Shown here one piece after another: positions 5,980-14,921 of a stretch of DNA of 16,007 nt. The DNA comes from Candidatus Zixiibacteriota bacterium (lineage in GTDB: Bacteria > Zixibacteria > MSB-5A5 > WJJR01). The notes under the pieces are model-generated. The model saw only the letters and a list, made by a program, of their open reading frames with translations. It searched no databases and was not told the DNA's origin. Where the stretch lies: contig JAVHPP010000048.1 in NCBI GenBank assembly GCA_036170655.1, positions 1 through 16,007 on the forward strand, in the 5' to 3' direction. Position 1 is the stretch's first letter. Each line of letters begins with the position of its first letter. Both the position numbers and the translations under genes were made by a program.

Positions 5980-7387
5980 GACTCTCCAATCCAGCTTGGT
6001 CATCCTCTGGGTGATATCGGTCGCGTGCATGTCTGCGCGTCCAGCAGCGTACGCGCAGGATCTTCTCAACCACGCTGACTCAACGGTCGTGGATACGACG
6101 GTAACGGGTGGTCGGTTAGTCCGCTCGGCGGAGCCACCCCCTGACCGCACACCTGCAGTAGCCGACGACCGGCGTGTCGAGCAGATCGAAACATTGCCGT
6201 CACAAGAAGACCCCGCCGGTGGTGCGTCCGAGTGCCGGGTGACCAACGCGTTTTTCGATACCGACTTGCGTGAAGTCCTTAATACAATCTCGAGTCAGTG
6301 CGGCCTGACAATCATCGCCGATGAGACTGTGACAGGCATAATCACGACTGATCTTGTGGACGTCCCGCTCGAGGAAGCGTTGCACCGCATATTGATGCCT
6401 TTTGGTCTGACCTACCGCTGGATGGGTACATACTACCTGGTCGGTTCCCCACGGCCCGATAACCCGTCATTCCCTTATCTCACCGTGACCGAACTGTATC
6501 GCCCCAGCTACATCAAGGCCGAAGACGTGCCCAATCTCCTGTCCACGCACTATGAACCGTTCTTGCGCATTGACAAGGAAACGAACACGATTTCTCTGAA
6601 TGGTTCTCCAGAATTGATTGCGCGCATCAAGAGGGACCTTGCCGTCGTGGACCGGGCGCCGCGTCAGGTTATGATTGAAGCGCTGGTGACGGAGATGTCC
6701 TCCGATGTCAGTCACCAACTGGGGATTTCCTGGGATCTCAGTGGTTCCAAAGGATCGGGTCAGAGGCTGCAAGCCGGTGGTCTCCCGGGAAGAAACGGGT
6801 CGGCTGACACGTCTCTCTCCATGATCTTCGACCGCATTGGGATCCAGAAGTCAGGATGGCTCGGGAACTATCAAGTCCGGCTGAATGCCCTGGTCACGGA
6901 GGGGAAAGCACACATTCGCGCCAACCCTCGCGTCGCGACCGTGGAAGGCAACAAGGCCAGCATTTTCATAGGGCGTGAAGAGTATTTTTCAATCCTGACC
7001 GGATCTGTCACTTTTGCGTACGCACAACTTGAAGTCATCAAGACGGGCATCGTTCTCACCATCACTCCTTATGTGTCAGAGGATGGCTTTATCACGCTCG
7101 AAGTGGCACCCGAGGTTACGGACGTCATTGGCTCGGGCAACACGGGCCTGCCCATCACCAATAAGCGCAGTGTCAGCACCAAGGTCAGAGTCAGTGACGG
7201 GGAAACCGTCGTGATCGGCGGACTGCTCGTGAAGAACCGTGTGGACATTGTTCGGAAGATTCCTCTGCTGGGATCGATCCCCATTCTGGGGTACCTGTTC
7301 CGGCACACGTCGACGACAGTGGAGGAGAAGGAAATCTCCATTCTCATCACGCCTCGACTCTGGGTTGCGACTCCGGAAAAGCAGTAG
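5942..7387 (+). CDS. Outer-membrane secretin (type II/III secretion, GspD/PilQ family), 481 aa
   Basis: TTG start after AAGGAG, overlapping the upstream gene by 38 nt. Signal peptide ending AYA|Q. STN/N0-like domain (FFDTDLREVL...VPLEEALHRIL), one N3-like domain ending DRAPRQVMIEA, and a secretin domain with ANPRVAT, TGIVLTITP, DGETVVIGGL, KIPLLGSIPILGYLF, ILITPR. Confidence 0.95.
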   Translation: MLSLSRSSKKKSKTLQSSLVILWVISVACMSARPAAYAQDLLNHADSTVVDTTVTGGRLVRSAEPPPDRTPAVADDRRVEQIETLPSQEDPAGGASECRVTNAFFDTDLREVLNTISSQCGLTIIADETVTGIITTDLVDVPLEEALHRILMPFGLTYRWMGTYYLVGSPRPDNPSFPYLTVTELYRPSYIKAEDVPNLLSTHYEPFLRIDKETNTISLNGSPELIARIKRDLAVVDRAPRQVMIEALVTEMSSDVSHQLGISWDLSGSKGSGQRLQAGGLPGRNGSADTSLSMIFDRIGIQKSGWLGNYQVRLNALVTEGKAHIRANPRVATVEGNKASIFIGREEYFSILTGSVTFAYAQLEVIKTGIVLTITPYVSEDGFITLEVAPEVTDVIGSGNTGLPITNKRSVSTKVRVSDGETVVIGGLLVKNRVDIVRKIPLLGSIPILGYLFRHTSTTVEEKEISILITPRLWVATPEKQ

Positions 7388-7814
7388 GTCCGGTCGACTC
7401 ACTGTCCCAACGGTGACAGGGGATTCGCAGCCGTTGCGCACCGTTCCATACTTAATCTAATGTGATTCTTTTACGGCGCGGTGCAACATCTTGTGTGATA
7501 GCGTCTTATGAATATCCAGCAGGCTTCGCCCCCACGGTAACTTCCATTTCACGCCTCCCTGAACAGAAGCACGGTAGTGCCAAGTTGACGCGGATTCAGA
7601 TGCCCCGTCATCGACGATCCGGTCCTCCCCCTTACTAAACTAAAGTGTGATCACGGGACGATCTTGAGGGAGAAAAAGACGCCGCGATTTTGACAATTTG
7701 GGAACACAATAAGAATATTGCTGTTTGAACAGGACTGGGCCATTATCTTCGGCCCGGTTTGAGTCCGCGCAGGGAGCGGCACGCAACAACGAACGGTACC
7801 TAAGGAGGAGCAAG

Positions 7815-8621
7815 GTGAATTCCAAGAATCCAGTTCGGCAGAGCCTTGTCGGTATTGTGATCATGACAGGGATTATCATTGTCAACGGTTGTGGCGGCGG
7901 GTCGCAAGAGTCAGCCAAACCGGCAACACAAACCAGCGGGGCACCCGCGAAAAGCGCCGCTGAGGCGGCTAAGCCGGCCTCCGCGACATTAAAGGGGCAC
8001 ATCACCCTTCAGGGGCAAGTTCCCAAGAACACGGCCATCAAGATGGATGCCGATCCCGTGTGCAAAGGCCAGCATTCCACCGAGGTGACGAGTCAAGACT
8101 ACATCGTTGGCGCTGCCGGCGAGCTGACCAATGTCTTCGTCTACGTGAAATCCGGGGTGAGCGGCGTTTTTCCAGTGCCGGCCGATACGATGGTGTTCGA
8201 CCAGAAAGGATGCGAGTACTATCCGCACGTTTTTGGTATGCGTGTCGGCCAGCCGCTGGCGATCGTCAACAGCGATCAGACGCTCCACAATGTCCACCCG
8301 CAGCCGAAGAACAGCGCGGGATTCAATCTTGGCATGCCCAAGCAGGGGATGCGCATCACCAAGACCTTCAGCGCTCCTGAAGTGATGGTCAAGATCAAGT
8401 GCGACGTCCACTCGTGGATGTCCGCCTATGCGGGCGTGCTCGACCACCCGTTTTTCGCGGTGACGGGCAAAGACGGCAACTTCTCCATCGGTCCGCTGCC
8501 AGCGGGAACCTACACGGTTGAGGCCTGGCACGAGAAGCTGGGGACAATGACGCAAACCGTAACGGTCGCTGATAACGAAGCCAAGGATATCCCCTTTGCG
8601 TTTACCGTGGCGGGTAAGTAG
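7815..8621 (+). CDS. Lipoprotein with cupredoxin-like and carboxypeptidase-regulatory-like domains (268 aa)
   Basis: GTG 7815 after AAGGAGGAG. Lipobox IVNG|C, Ala/Pro-rich linker, motifs DQKGCEYYPHV, HNVH, CDVHSWM, and C-terminal LPAGTYTVEAWHE. Confidence 0.85.
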   Translation: MNSKNPVRQSLVGIVIMTGIIIVNGCGGGSQESAKPATQTSGAPAKSAAEAAKPASATLKGHITLQGQVPKNTAIKMDADPVCKGQHSTEVTSQDYIVGAAGELTNVFVYVKSGVSGVFPVPADTMVFDQKGCEYYPHVFGMRVGQPLAIVNSDQTLHNVHPQPKNSAGFNLGMPKQGMRITKTFSAPEVMVKIKCDVHSWMSAYAGVLDHPFFAVTGKDGNFSIGPLPAGTYTVEAWHEKLGTMTQTVTVADNEAKDIPFAFTVAGK

Positions 8622-8760
8622 AGCGTAATCGTTGCCGAACGGCCCGGTGTATGGTGGCGTGCAGAATGCCGACAGTTATTGTTACGTATGTCAACGCGCG
8701 CGGCCTGCCCGGACCAAACCTATCATCGAAAGAACAGACTTGGGAGCGCGATAGAATCGC

Positions 8761-10524
8761 ATGACTGAAAGCACACAGATTCCGCACGAAGTTCACTCGG
8801 AGCATCATCAGGAGGTCAGCTTCTGGCGCCGGTACGTGTTCTCCCAGGACCACAAGGTCATCGGGATCCAGTACGGCCTGACCAGTCTGGTATTCCTGTT
8901 GTTCGGCTTCTCTCTGATGATGCTGATGCGCTGGCAACTGGCTTTTCCGGGGCGTTCCCTTCCCCTCATCGGCAAGCTGATTGGCGAGACCTTCATGCCG
9001 GGCGGAGTGATGGTGCCTGAGTTTTACAACCAGCTGGGGGCGATGCACGGCACGATCATGGTGTTCCTTGGCGTCGTACCGCTGAGTGTTGGCGCTTTCG
9101 GGAACTACTTCGTGCCGCTGCAAATCGGCGCCCCGGACATGGCATTCCCGAAGCTGAACATGGCCAGTTATTGGGCGTATTTTGTGGGCGGGGTGACCAT
9201 GCTCGCCAGCTTCTTTGTACCGGGCGGCGCGGCCAACTCGGGATGGACGTCCTATCCCCCGCTGGCGGATATTGCCACAACTGGACAGACGGTCTGGCTG
9301 TTCGGAATGGTGTGCTTGATCACATCGTCACTTCTGGGTTCGGTCAATTTTATTGTGACGATCGTCCAGCTTCGGGCGAAGGGGCTGACATTCATGCGCC
9401 TGCCGTTTTTCGTGTGGGCGCAGTTCGTGACGTCCTTCCTCTTGTTGCTGGCCTTCCCGCCATTGGAGGCTGCCGGCGTTTTGCAATTGATGGACCGTCT
9501 GGTCGGGACCAGCTTCTTCCTGCCGAGCGGTCTGGTGATCAGCGGCCAGCCTCTGGCGGTGAGCGGGGGTGGCAGTCCCCTGCTGTGGCAGCATCTCTTC
9601 TGGTTTCTTGCGCATCCGGAGGTCTATGTTTTGATCCTGCCGGCCATGGGAATCGTGGCAGAGATTATCGCCAACAATACCCGTAAACCACTCTGGGGAT
9701 ACCGTTCGATTGTTTATTCGGCCGTGTTCCTGGGATTCATGTCATTCATGGTTTGGGCTCACCACATGTTCCTGACAGGCATGGGCACGGCCATCAGCAC
9801 GTTTTTCCAGACGACGACGATGATCATCTCAATCCCCTCGGTCATCATCATCTCGTCGCTGGTTATTTCCCTGTGGGGCGGATCCATTCGTTTCACGACG
9901 CCAATGCTGTTTGCCCTCGCCTTCCTGCCAATGTTTGGCATCGGGGGGTTGACGGGCTTGCCACTCGGGCTGGCCACATCTGACATACACCTGCATGACA
10001 CTTACTACGTGATTGGCCACTTCCATTATATCGTTGCTCCAGGCACGATATTGGCTCTGTTCGCCGGGATTTACCACTGGTTCCCAAAGATCACCGGCCG
10101 CAAGATGAACGATACACTGGGCCGAATTCATTTCTGGGGCACGTTCGTCTGCATGAACGTGATTTTTATGCCGATGTTCATCCAGGGGCTGGCGGGCGTT
10201 TCACGGCGGCTCTATGATGGCGGCGCACAGTATGCCCACGCTCAGGGGGTCCTGCAATGGAACGTGGTCATGTCGGTTGGTGCCTGGGTCATGTTTGTAT
10301 TTCAGTTGCCATTTATCTACAACCTCTTCCGCAGTATCAAGAAAGGCCAAAAGGTTCCGGAGAACCCCTGGGGGGCGACCACGCTCGAGTGGGCGGCTCC
10401 CTCTCCCCCGCCGCATGGGAACTTCGTCACGCTGCCCGAGGTTTATCGTGGGCCGTATGAGTACAGTGTTCCTGGCGAGGCACGTGACTTCACACCGCAA
10501 CATCAGCAACCGGCAGGAGCCTGA
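8761..10524 (+). CDS. coxA: Cytochrome c oxidase subunit I (A-family heme-copper oxidase)
   Basis: [25 protein letters not shown] and RR motifs; multiple TM helices; DMAFPKLN D-channel entry. Confidence 0.98.
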   Translation: MTESTQIPHEVHSEHHQEVSFWRRYVFSQDHKVIGIQYGLTSLVFLLFGFSLMMLMRWQLAFPGRSLPLIGKLIGETFMPGGVMVPEFYNQLGAMHGTIMVFLGVVPLSVGAFGNYFVPLQIGAPDMAFPKLNMASYWAYFVGGVTMLASFFVPGGAANSGWTSYPPLADIATTGQTVWLFGMVCLITSSLLGSVNFIVTIVQLRAKGLTFMRLPFFVWAQFVTSFLLLLAFPPLEAAGVLQLMDRLVGTSFFLPSGLVISGQPLAVSGGGSPLLWQHLFWFLAHPEVYVLILPAMGIVAEIIANNTRKPLWGYRSIVYSAVFLGFMSFMVWAHHMFLTGMGTAISTFFQTTTMIISIPSVIIISSLVISLWGGSIRFTTPMLFALAFLPMFGIGGLTGLPLGLATSDIHLHDTYYVIGHFHYIVAPGTILALFAGIYHWFPKITGRKMNDTLGRIHFWGTFVCMNVIFMPMFIQGLAGVSRRLYDGGAQYAHAQGVLQWNVVMSVGAWVMFVFQLPFIYNLFRSIKKGQKVPENPWGATTLEWAAPSPPPHGNFVTLPEVYRGPYEYSVPGEARDFTPQHQQPAGA

Positions 10525-10529
10525 ACGCG

Positions 10530-11120
10530 ATGCAGATCCCATATACATCAACGGCACGACCCGACACTGGTCTCTACAATGCCAAGCTCGGCGTCTGGCT
10601 GTTCCTGGCCTCTGAGGTCATGCTCTTCGGAGCGTTGTTTTCCACGTATGTCCTGCTGCGGGTGGGCGCCGCCGTCTGGCCGCATGGCGCGGACATTCTC
10701 AATGTGCCTCTGGCCACTGTCAACACGATGATCCTGATTGGATCGAGTGTGACCATGGTCATGTCATGGGCTTCTCTGATGATGGGGAAGTTCGGCCGCT
10801 TCCGGCTCTACATGGGGGTGACCATTCTTCTGGGATTCATGTTTCTCGGAATCAAGAGCGTTGAGTACGGCGCCAAGTTTGAGCATCATCTCTATCCGGG
10901 CAACAGCACTTTTCTGGCGATCTACTTTGCCCTCACCGGTCTGCACGGGCTTCATGTCATCGGCGGCATGATCGTCAACGCGTACCTTTGGGTGACGGGA
11001 AGCCGGATGTGGAAGAGTGATCCGCAGCGTTTCACAAACCGCGTCGAGGTCGCAGGCCTTTACTGGCACTTCGTGGATCTCGTCTGGATCTTCCTCTTTC
11101 CACTTCTGTATCTGTTATAG
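10530..11120 (+). CDS. coxC: Cytochrome c oxidase subunit III (short form)
   Basis: [29 protein letters not shown] and [20 protein letters not shown] motifs. Confidence 0.97.
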   Translation: MQIPYTSTARPDTGLYNAKLGVWLFLASEVMLFGALFSTYVLLRVGAAVWPHGADILNVPLATVNTMILIGSSVTMVMSWASLMMGKFGRFRLYMGVTILLGFMFLGIKSVEYGAKFEHHLYPGNSTFLAIYFALTGLHGLHVIGGMIVNAYLWVTGSRMWKSDPQRFTNRVEVAGLYWHFVDLVWIFLFPLLYLL

Positions 11121-11161
11121 GAGAGTGTCATGGGAGCAGCAACCGGCAAGCGGAGGGCTAC

Positions 11162-11464
11162 GTGAACGAGGCTCATGCAGAGGATATCAAAAAGCATGTA
11201 CGGGCGTACATCGGCGTGTTTGTCGCGCTGGCCCTGCTGACAGTGCTCACTGTCTTCGTCTCGTATCTTGACTTCTCGCGAGGCGGGCACATTACCATCG
11301 CTCTGTTGATTGCCGTGGTCAAGGCCGGGCTGGTGGCGAGCTATTTCATGCACTTGATCTCGGAGAAGAAACTGATCTACGGGGCGCTGATCCTGACGGT
11401 CCTGCTTTTCGCCGCCTTGATGTTCCTGACGTTGTCATCGCACATGGACCAGCGGGGGATTTGA
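11162..11464 (+). CDS. Cytochrome c oxidase subunit IV (prokaryotic CtaF/CyoD-like)
   Basis: GTG after GGAGG. Three TM segments with YIGVFVALALLT...IAVVKAGLVASYFMHL motif. Confidence 0.9.
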   Translation: MNEAHAEDIKKHVRAYIGVFVALALLTVLTVFVSYLDFSRGGHITIALLIAVVKAGLVASYFMHLISEKKLIYGALILTVLLFAALMFLTLSSHMDQRGI

Positions 11465-11467
11465 GTC

Positions 11468-11674
11468 ATGTCGCTGAAAACTTTTCACGTGGGTTTCATC
11501 ACATTGTCAGTATTGCTGGCGTTCGGCTTCGGGGTGTGGAATCTGCTCGACCCGTCGGCTCGCGGAAACGCCGCGTATCTGACTCTGGCCATAGTCGCTT
11601 TTGCCGCCGGGATCGGACTGATTGTTTACGAGATCCGTTTTCTGCGCAAGCTGAAAGGGGTGAGTTTCCTATGA
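11468..11674 (+). CDS. Small 2-TM membrane protein in the oxidase operon (68 aa)
   Basis: Starts 3 nt after the subunit IV stop; its stop overlaps the next ATG (ATGA); two hydrophobic helices. Confidence 0.75.
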   Translation: MSLKTFHVGFITLSVLLAFGFGVWNLLDPSARGNAAYLTLAIVAFAAGIGLIVYEIRFLRKLKGVSFL

Positions 11675-11997
11675 GACGCAAATCTGTTTCTGGGTCGATC
11701 TTCTGCCAGAACGTGTGTTTTAGTCGGTTGGCGCCACGCCTGTTGTTTTTTGCGGGATTGTCGGTCATCCTCCTGCATTCGCGTTTTGCTCAAGCCTGTG
11801 CGGTCTGCTATGGAGCTGCCGATGCGCCCATGACGAATGGAATGAACATGGGAATCCTGACATTACTCGGGACGATCGGGACTGTCCTGCTTGGTTTTGT
11901 GACGTTCTTCCTGTTCCTCCTGAAGCGAGCCAGAAGTGCATCTCGCCGGAGCCAGCCGATGGCTGTCTGGGCTGGGCCGGAAAGGGCTAAAGCATGA
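11671..11997 (+). CDS. Small membrane protein with CxxC after a signal-like segment (108 aa)
   Basis: ATGA coupling at both ends (11671 and 11994). AQA|CAVCYG...GMNMG, then a TM helix and basic tail. This is the C-terminal part of track ORF 11461-11997. Confidence 0.75.
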   Translation: MRRKSVSGSIFCQNVCFSRLAPRLLFFAGLSVILLHSRFAQACAVCYGAADAPMTNGMNMGILTLLGTIGTVLLGFVTFFLFLLKRARSASRRSQPMAVWAGPERAKA

Positions 11998-12746
11998 CAC
12001 ATCTTCTGGGACTGCCACCTGAGGCCTCAGCCCAAGGGGTAAAAGTCGACAGTTTGATTGGCTGGGTACACTGGCTGATGTTGTTGCTCTTCATCGGCTG
12101 GGGAACGTTCTACGTTATCTCATTGATACGATTCCGCCGCTCCCGGCACGCCAAAGCAGACTACACCGGCGTCAAGAGCCATACGTCGAGCTACCTGGAG
12201 ATCGGCGTGGCCGCCTTCGAGGCGATCCTGCTGATCGGCTTCTCAATCCCTTTCTGGGCGAAATCTGTCGTCGCCTTGCCCAATGAAAAGGACGCCGTGG
12301 TCGTGCGGGTTGTCGCCGAGCAGTTCCTCTGGAATGTTCACTACCCCGGCCCCGATGGGATATTTGGCCGCGCGGACGTCAAGTTGATCGACTCGGAGAG
12401 CAATCCGTTGGGAATGGACCACACCGATCCCAACGGCAAGGATGACATCATCACGATCAATCAGCTTCATCTTCCGGTCGACAAGCCGGTGATCATCTAT
12501 CTGTCCAGCAAGGATGTCGTGCATTCTTTCTCTCTGCCGGTGATGCGGGTCAAACAGGATGTCATCCCCGGGATGAGCATTCCCGTGACCTTCACGCCGA
12601 CGGTTGTTGGGAATTACGAAATCGCATGTGCGCAGCTTTGCGGATTGGGGCATTACCGGATGCGGGGGTATCTGATCATTCAGACAGCCGAAGATTTCGC
12701 CGCCTGGCTGGCCGAGCAGGAAGCCGCACTGAATCCGCCGAGTTGA
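11994..12746 (+). CDS. coxB: Cytochrome c oxidase subunit II (CuA, no fused cytochrome c)
   Basis: Two TM helices, QFLW, DVVHSF, CAQLCGLGHYRM CuA ligands; no CxxCH. Confidence 0.97.
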   Translation: MTHLLGLPPEASAQGVKVDSLIGWVHWLMLLLFIGWGTFYVISLIRFRRSRHAKADYTGVKSHTSSYLEIGVAAFEAILLIGFSIPFWAKSVVALPNEKDAVVVRVVAEQFLWNVHYPGPDGIFGRADVKLIDSESNPLGMDHTDPNGKDDIITINQLHLPVDKPVIIYLSSKDVVHSFSLPVMRVKQDVIPGMSIPVTFTPTVVGNYEIACAQLCGLGHYRMRGYLIIQTAEDFAAWLAEQEAALNPPS

Positions 12747-12830
12747 GTGCGCAGCATGGCGGCCGACCGACTGGCCGATGACCAGCTTCTGTCCGTATCG
12801 CTGAATCACGGTGACGTAAGCACTTTCCCC

Positions 12831-13802
12831 ATGACTGAAACAAAACACACTCCGCGCTGGCTGGGACGTCTCTCCAAAGCGACGTTTGCGGCCACACTGG
12901 CTCTGGTATTCGTTGGTGGACTGGTGACCAGCACAGGCTCCGGCTTGGCGGTCCCGGACTGGCCGTTGTCGTTCGGTCAGTACTTTCCCCCTATGCAGGG
13001 CGGTGTTCTATTCGAGCATGGCCATCGCATGGTGGCTGGGGCCGTGGGCATCTTGATGACGATCCTCGCGATCGCAATATGGTTCGTCGAGCGGCGACGG
13101 TGGGCCAAATGGCTTGCTTTGGGGGCGTGGTGCGCCGTTGTGATCCAGGCGATTCTGGGCGGGATCACTGTCCTGTACAAGCTGCCCACGGCGGTTTCTG
13201 CGGGCCATGCGGGATTGGCCACAATCTTTTTGTCGCTGACCGGAATACTCGCTCTGATCAACTCCGAGTTCTGGCAACGGGAAAAGCCCTTGTCCTTTCA
13301 CGCGTCGCGTTCGCTGGTGTGGCTCTCTTGTGCGGCCGCGTTCATCGTCTTTGTTCAGATCATTCTGGGGGCGACGATGCGGCACATGGGGATGGGGCAG
13401 CAGGGACTGGCGATCCCCGATTTTCCGCTCGCGTACGGCCGCCTGATCCCGCCGCGGTTGGATCTGGCGCCCATCCTGGTGCACTTTCTGCATCGTGTGG
13501 GCGCGCTGGTCGTCGGCGGGTTTATCTTCGTGCTGTCGTGGAAAATCAGCCGTCTGCACGGAGTGCCCAAAGTGATCCGTTCTTTATCGCGTTTGCTGCC
13601 GTTGCTGTACATTGTGCAATTCGCTTTGGGTGCTTTTACGATTTGGACAATTCGCGGTGTCACTGTCACGACATTTCACGTTATGGTTGGCGGACTCACA
13701 TTTGCGCTGACCGTGCTGCTGGCGGCGCTGCTCTTGCGGTATCAGGTGCGTGAGCGTCCGCTTGAGGCGATGTCCCCGCTCATGGGAGAGATCGCCGCGT
13801 GA
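12831..13802 (+). CDS. ctaA: Heme A synthase (COX15/CtaA)
   Basis: GGLVTSTGSGLAVPDWP, EHGHR, H in SAGHAG, HFLHR, TTFHV. Start uncertain (12747, 12756 or 12831). Confidence 0.92.
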   Translation: MTETKHTPRWLGRLSKATFAATLALVFVGGLVTSTGSGLAVPDWPLSFGQYFPPMQGGVLFEHGHRMVAGAVGILMTILAIAIWFVERRRWAKWLALGAWCAVVIQAILGGITVLYKLPTAVSAGHAGLATIFLSLTGILALINSEFWQREKPLSFHASRSLVWLSCAAAFIVFVQIILGATMRHMGMGQQGLAIPDFPLAYGRLIPPRLDLAPILVHFLHRVGALVVGGFIFVLSWKISRLHGVPKVIRSLSRLLPLLYIVQFALGAFTIWTIRGVTVTTFHVMVGGLTFALTVLLAALLLRYQVRERPLEAMSPLMGEIAA

Positions 13803-14743
13803 GCGCTTTTTCGTACCCGCCTTCCACGCGAGGATCCGGCCAGGATTCCGCTGTCGCAGCATGTGGTCGTTCCGTTGGGGATGTCATAGGGCACATCGCC
13901 GATTACCTGATCCTGACAAAACCACGGATCGCGGCGCTGGTGCTGGTGACAACGTGGGTTGGATTTCTCATGGGTTCGCCGGGGCCGCTGGTGGTCCCGC
14001 TATTGCTGCACGCATTGCTTGGTACCGCCATGGTGTCGGGCGGGGGCGCGGCGCTCAACCAGTACCGGGAGCGTGTCTGGGACGGGAGAATGCGTCGCAC
14101 TTGTGAGCGGCCACTTCCGGCGGGACGGCTTGAACCGGTCGCGGCGCTTGCCTTTGGTCTGACACTGACCGTGTTGGGATGGGTATACCTCGCGCTTTTT
14201 GTCAATGTCCTCACGGCACTCCTTGGTCTGGCGGCAAATGTGATCTACGTTCTGGCCTATACGCCGCTCAAGCGCATGACCTCGTGGTGTGTGCCGGTCG
14301 GCGCCGTTTCAGGAGCCCTGCCTCCGGTGATGGGTTGGGCGGCGGCACAGGGACACCTTGATATTGGTGCATGGGTCATTTTCGCGGTGATGTTTGTCTG
14401 GCAGATTCCTCATTTTATCGCGATCGCCTGGCTCTACCGTGAAGACTATGCGCGGGCTGGGTTTGCCGTCGCGTCACTGGTCAGTCCCGATGGACGCTCG
14501 GCCACCTGGCAGATTCCCATCTATGCATCGATACTGGCGCTCATTGTAATTCTGCCAACAGTTCTGGGCATGGCGAATATCGCGTACGTGATCGGCGCCC
14601 TCATGCTGGGGCTGGGTTTTCTGGGCGCTGGGATCCGGGTAGGCAACATGGACATGACAGGGTATATGCGCCGTGTGTTTCACGCCTCGCTGGTGTACCT
14701 GCCGCTTCTGTTGATCTGGCTGGCAGTGAATCGAAGCGTTTGA
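13799..14743 (+). CDS. ctaB: Protoheme IX farnesyltransferase (heme O synthase, CtaB/CyoE)
   Basis: LTKPRI, LNQYRERVWDGRMRRTCERPLPAG, YTPLKR, GALPPVMGW, WQIPHF, DYARAG. Confidence 0.96.
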   Translation: MSAFSYPPSTRGSGQDSAVAACGRSVGDVIGHIADYLILTKPRIAALVLVTTWVGFLMGSPGPLVVPLLLHALLGTAMVSGGGAALNQYRERVWDGRMRRTCERPLPAGRLEPVAALAFGLTLTVLGWVYLALFVNVLTALLGLAANVIYVLAYTPLKRMTSWCVPVGAVSGALPPVMGWAAAQGHLDIGAWVIFAVMFVWQIPHFIAIAWLYREDYARAGFAVASLVSPDGRSATWQIPIYASILALIVILPTVLGMANIAYVIGALMLGLGFLGAGIRVGNMDMTGYMRRVFHASLVYLPLLLIWLAVNRSV

Positions 14744-14851
14744 CGAGAGGGAACCGCTGCCGCATCTTTAGTGTCTCTAACAGAATGAATGTCAACGTAC
14801 GCCATGATGGTGGAGAGCAATCTGGATCAATCAGGATGCCATCAATTCCGC

Positions 14852-14921
14852 GGGAGGGCGAGGCTCCTGCCGAACCTTTCCCTCCCCCAGCCAAGAGGCT
14901 CGGCGGGAGCCTCGCCCTCCC
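14852..14921. repeat. REP-like long palindrome (26-bp arms, 18-nt loop)
   Basis: GGGAGGGCGAGGCTCCTGCCGAACCT (14852-14877) and AGGCTCGGCGGGAGCCTCGCCCTCCC (14896-14921) are complementary at 24/26 positions; no U-tract follows. Confidence 0.8.

Noticed and set aside
7388..7480. Intrinsic terminator after the secretin
   Set aside because: Only weak alternative stems are present, with no adjacent U-tract.
7690..7720. TTGACA as -35 of the oxidase operon promoter
   Set aside because: No convincing -10 at 16-18 nt spacing (best is AATATT); plausible but unsupported.
8679..8694. TTGTTACGTATGTCAA as an FNR/CRP-type site upstream of coxA
   Set aside because: Only one half-site fits TTGAT-N4-ATCAA; too weak.
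11461..11670. N-terminal 70 codons of track ORF 11461-11997
   Set aside because: They overlap the better 68-aa membrane ORF; the ATGA-coupled start at 11671 fits better.
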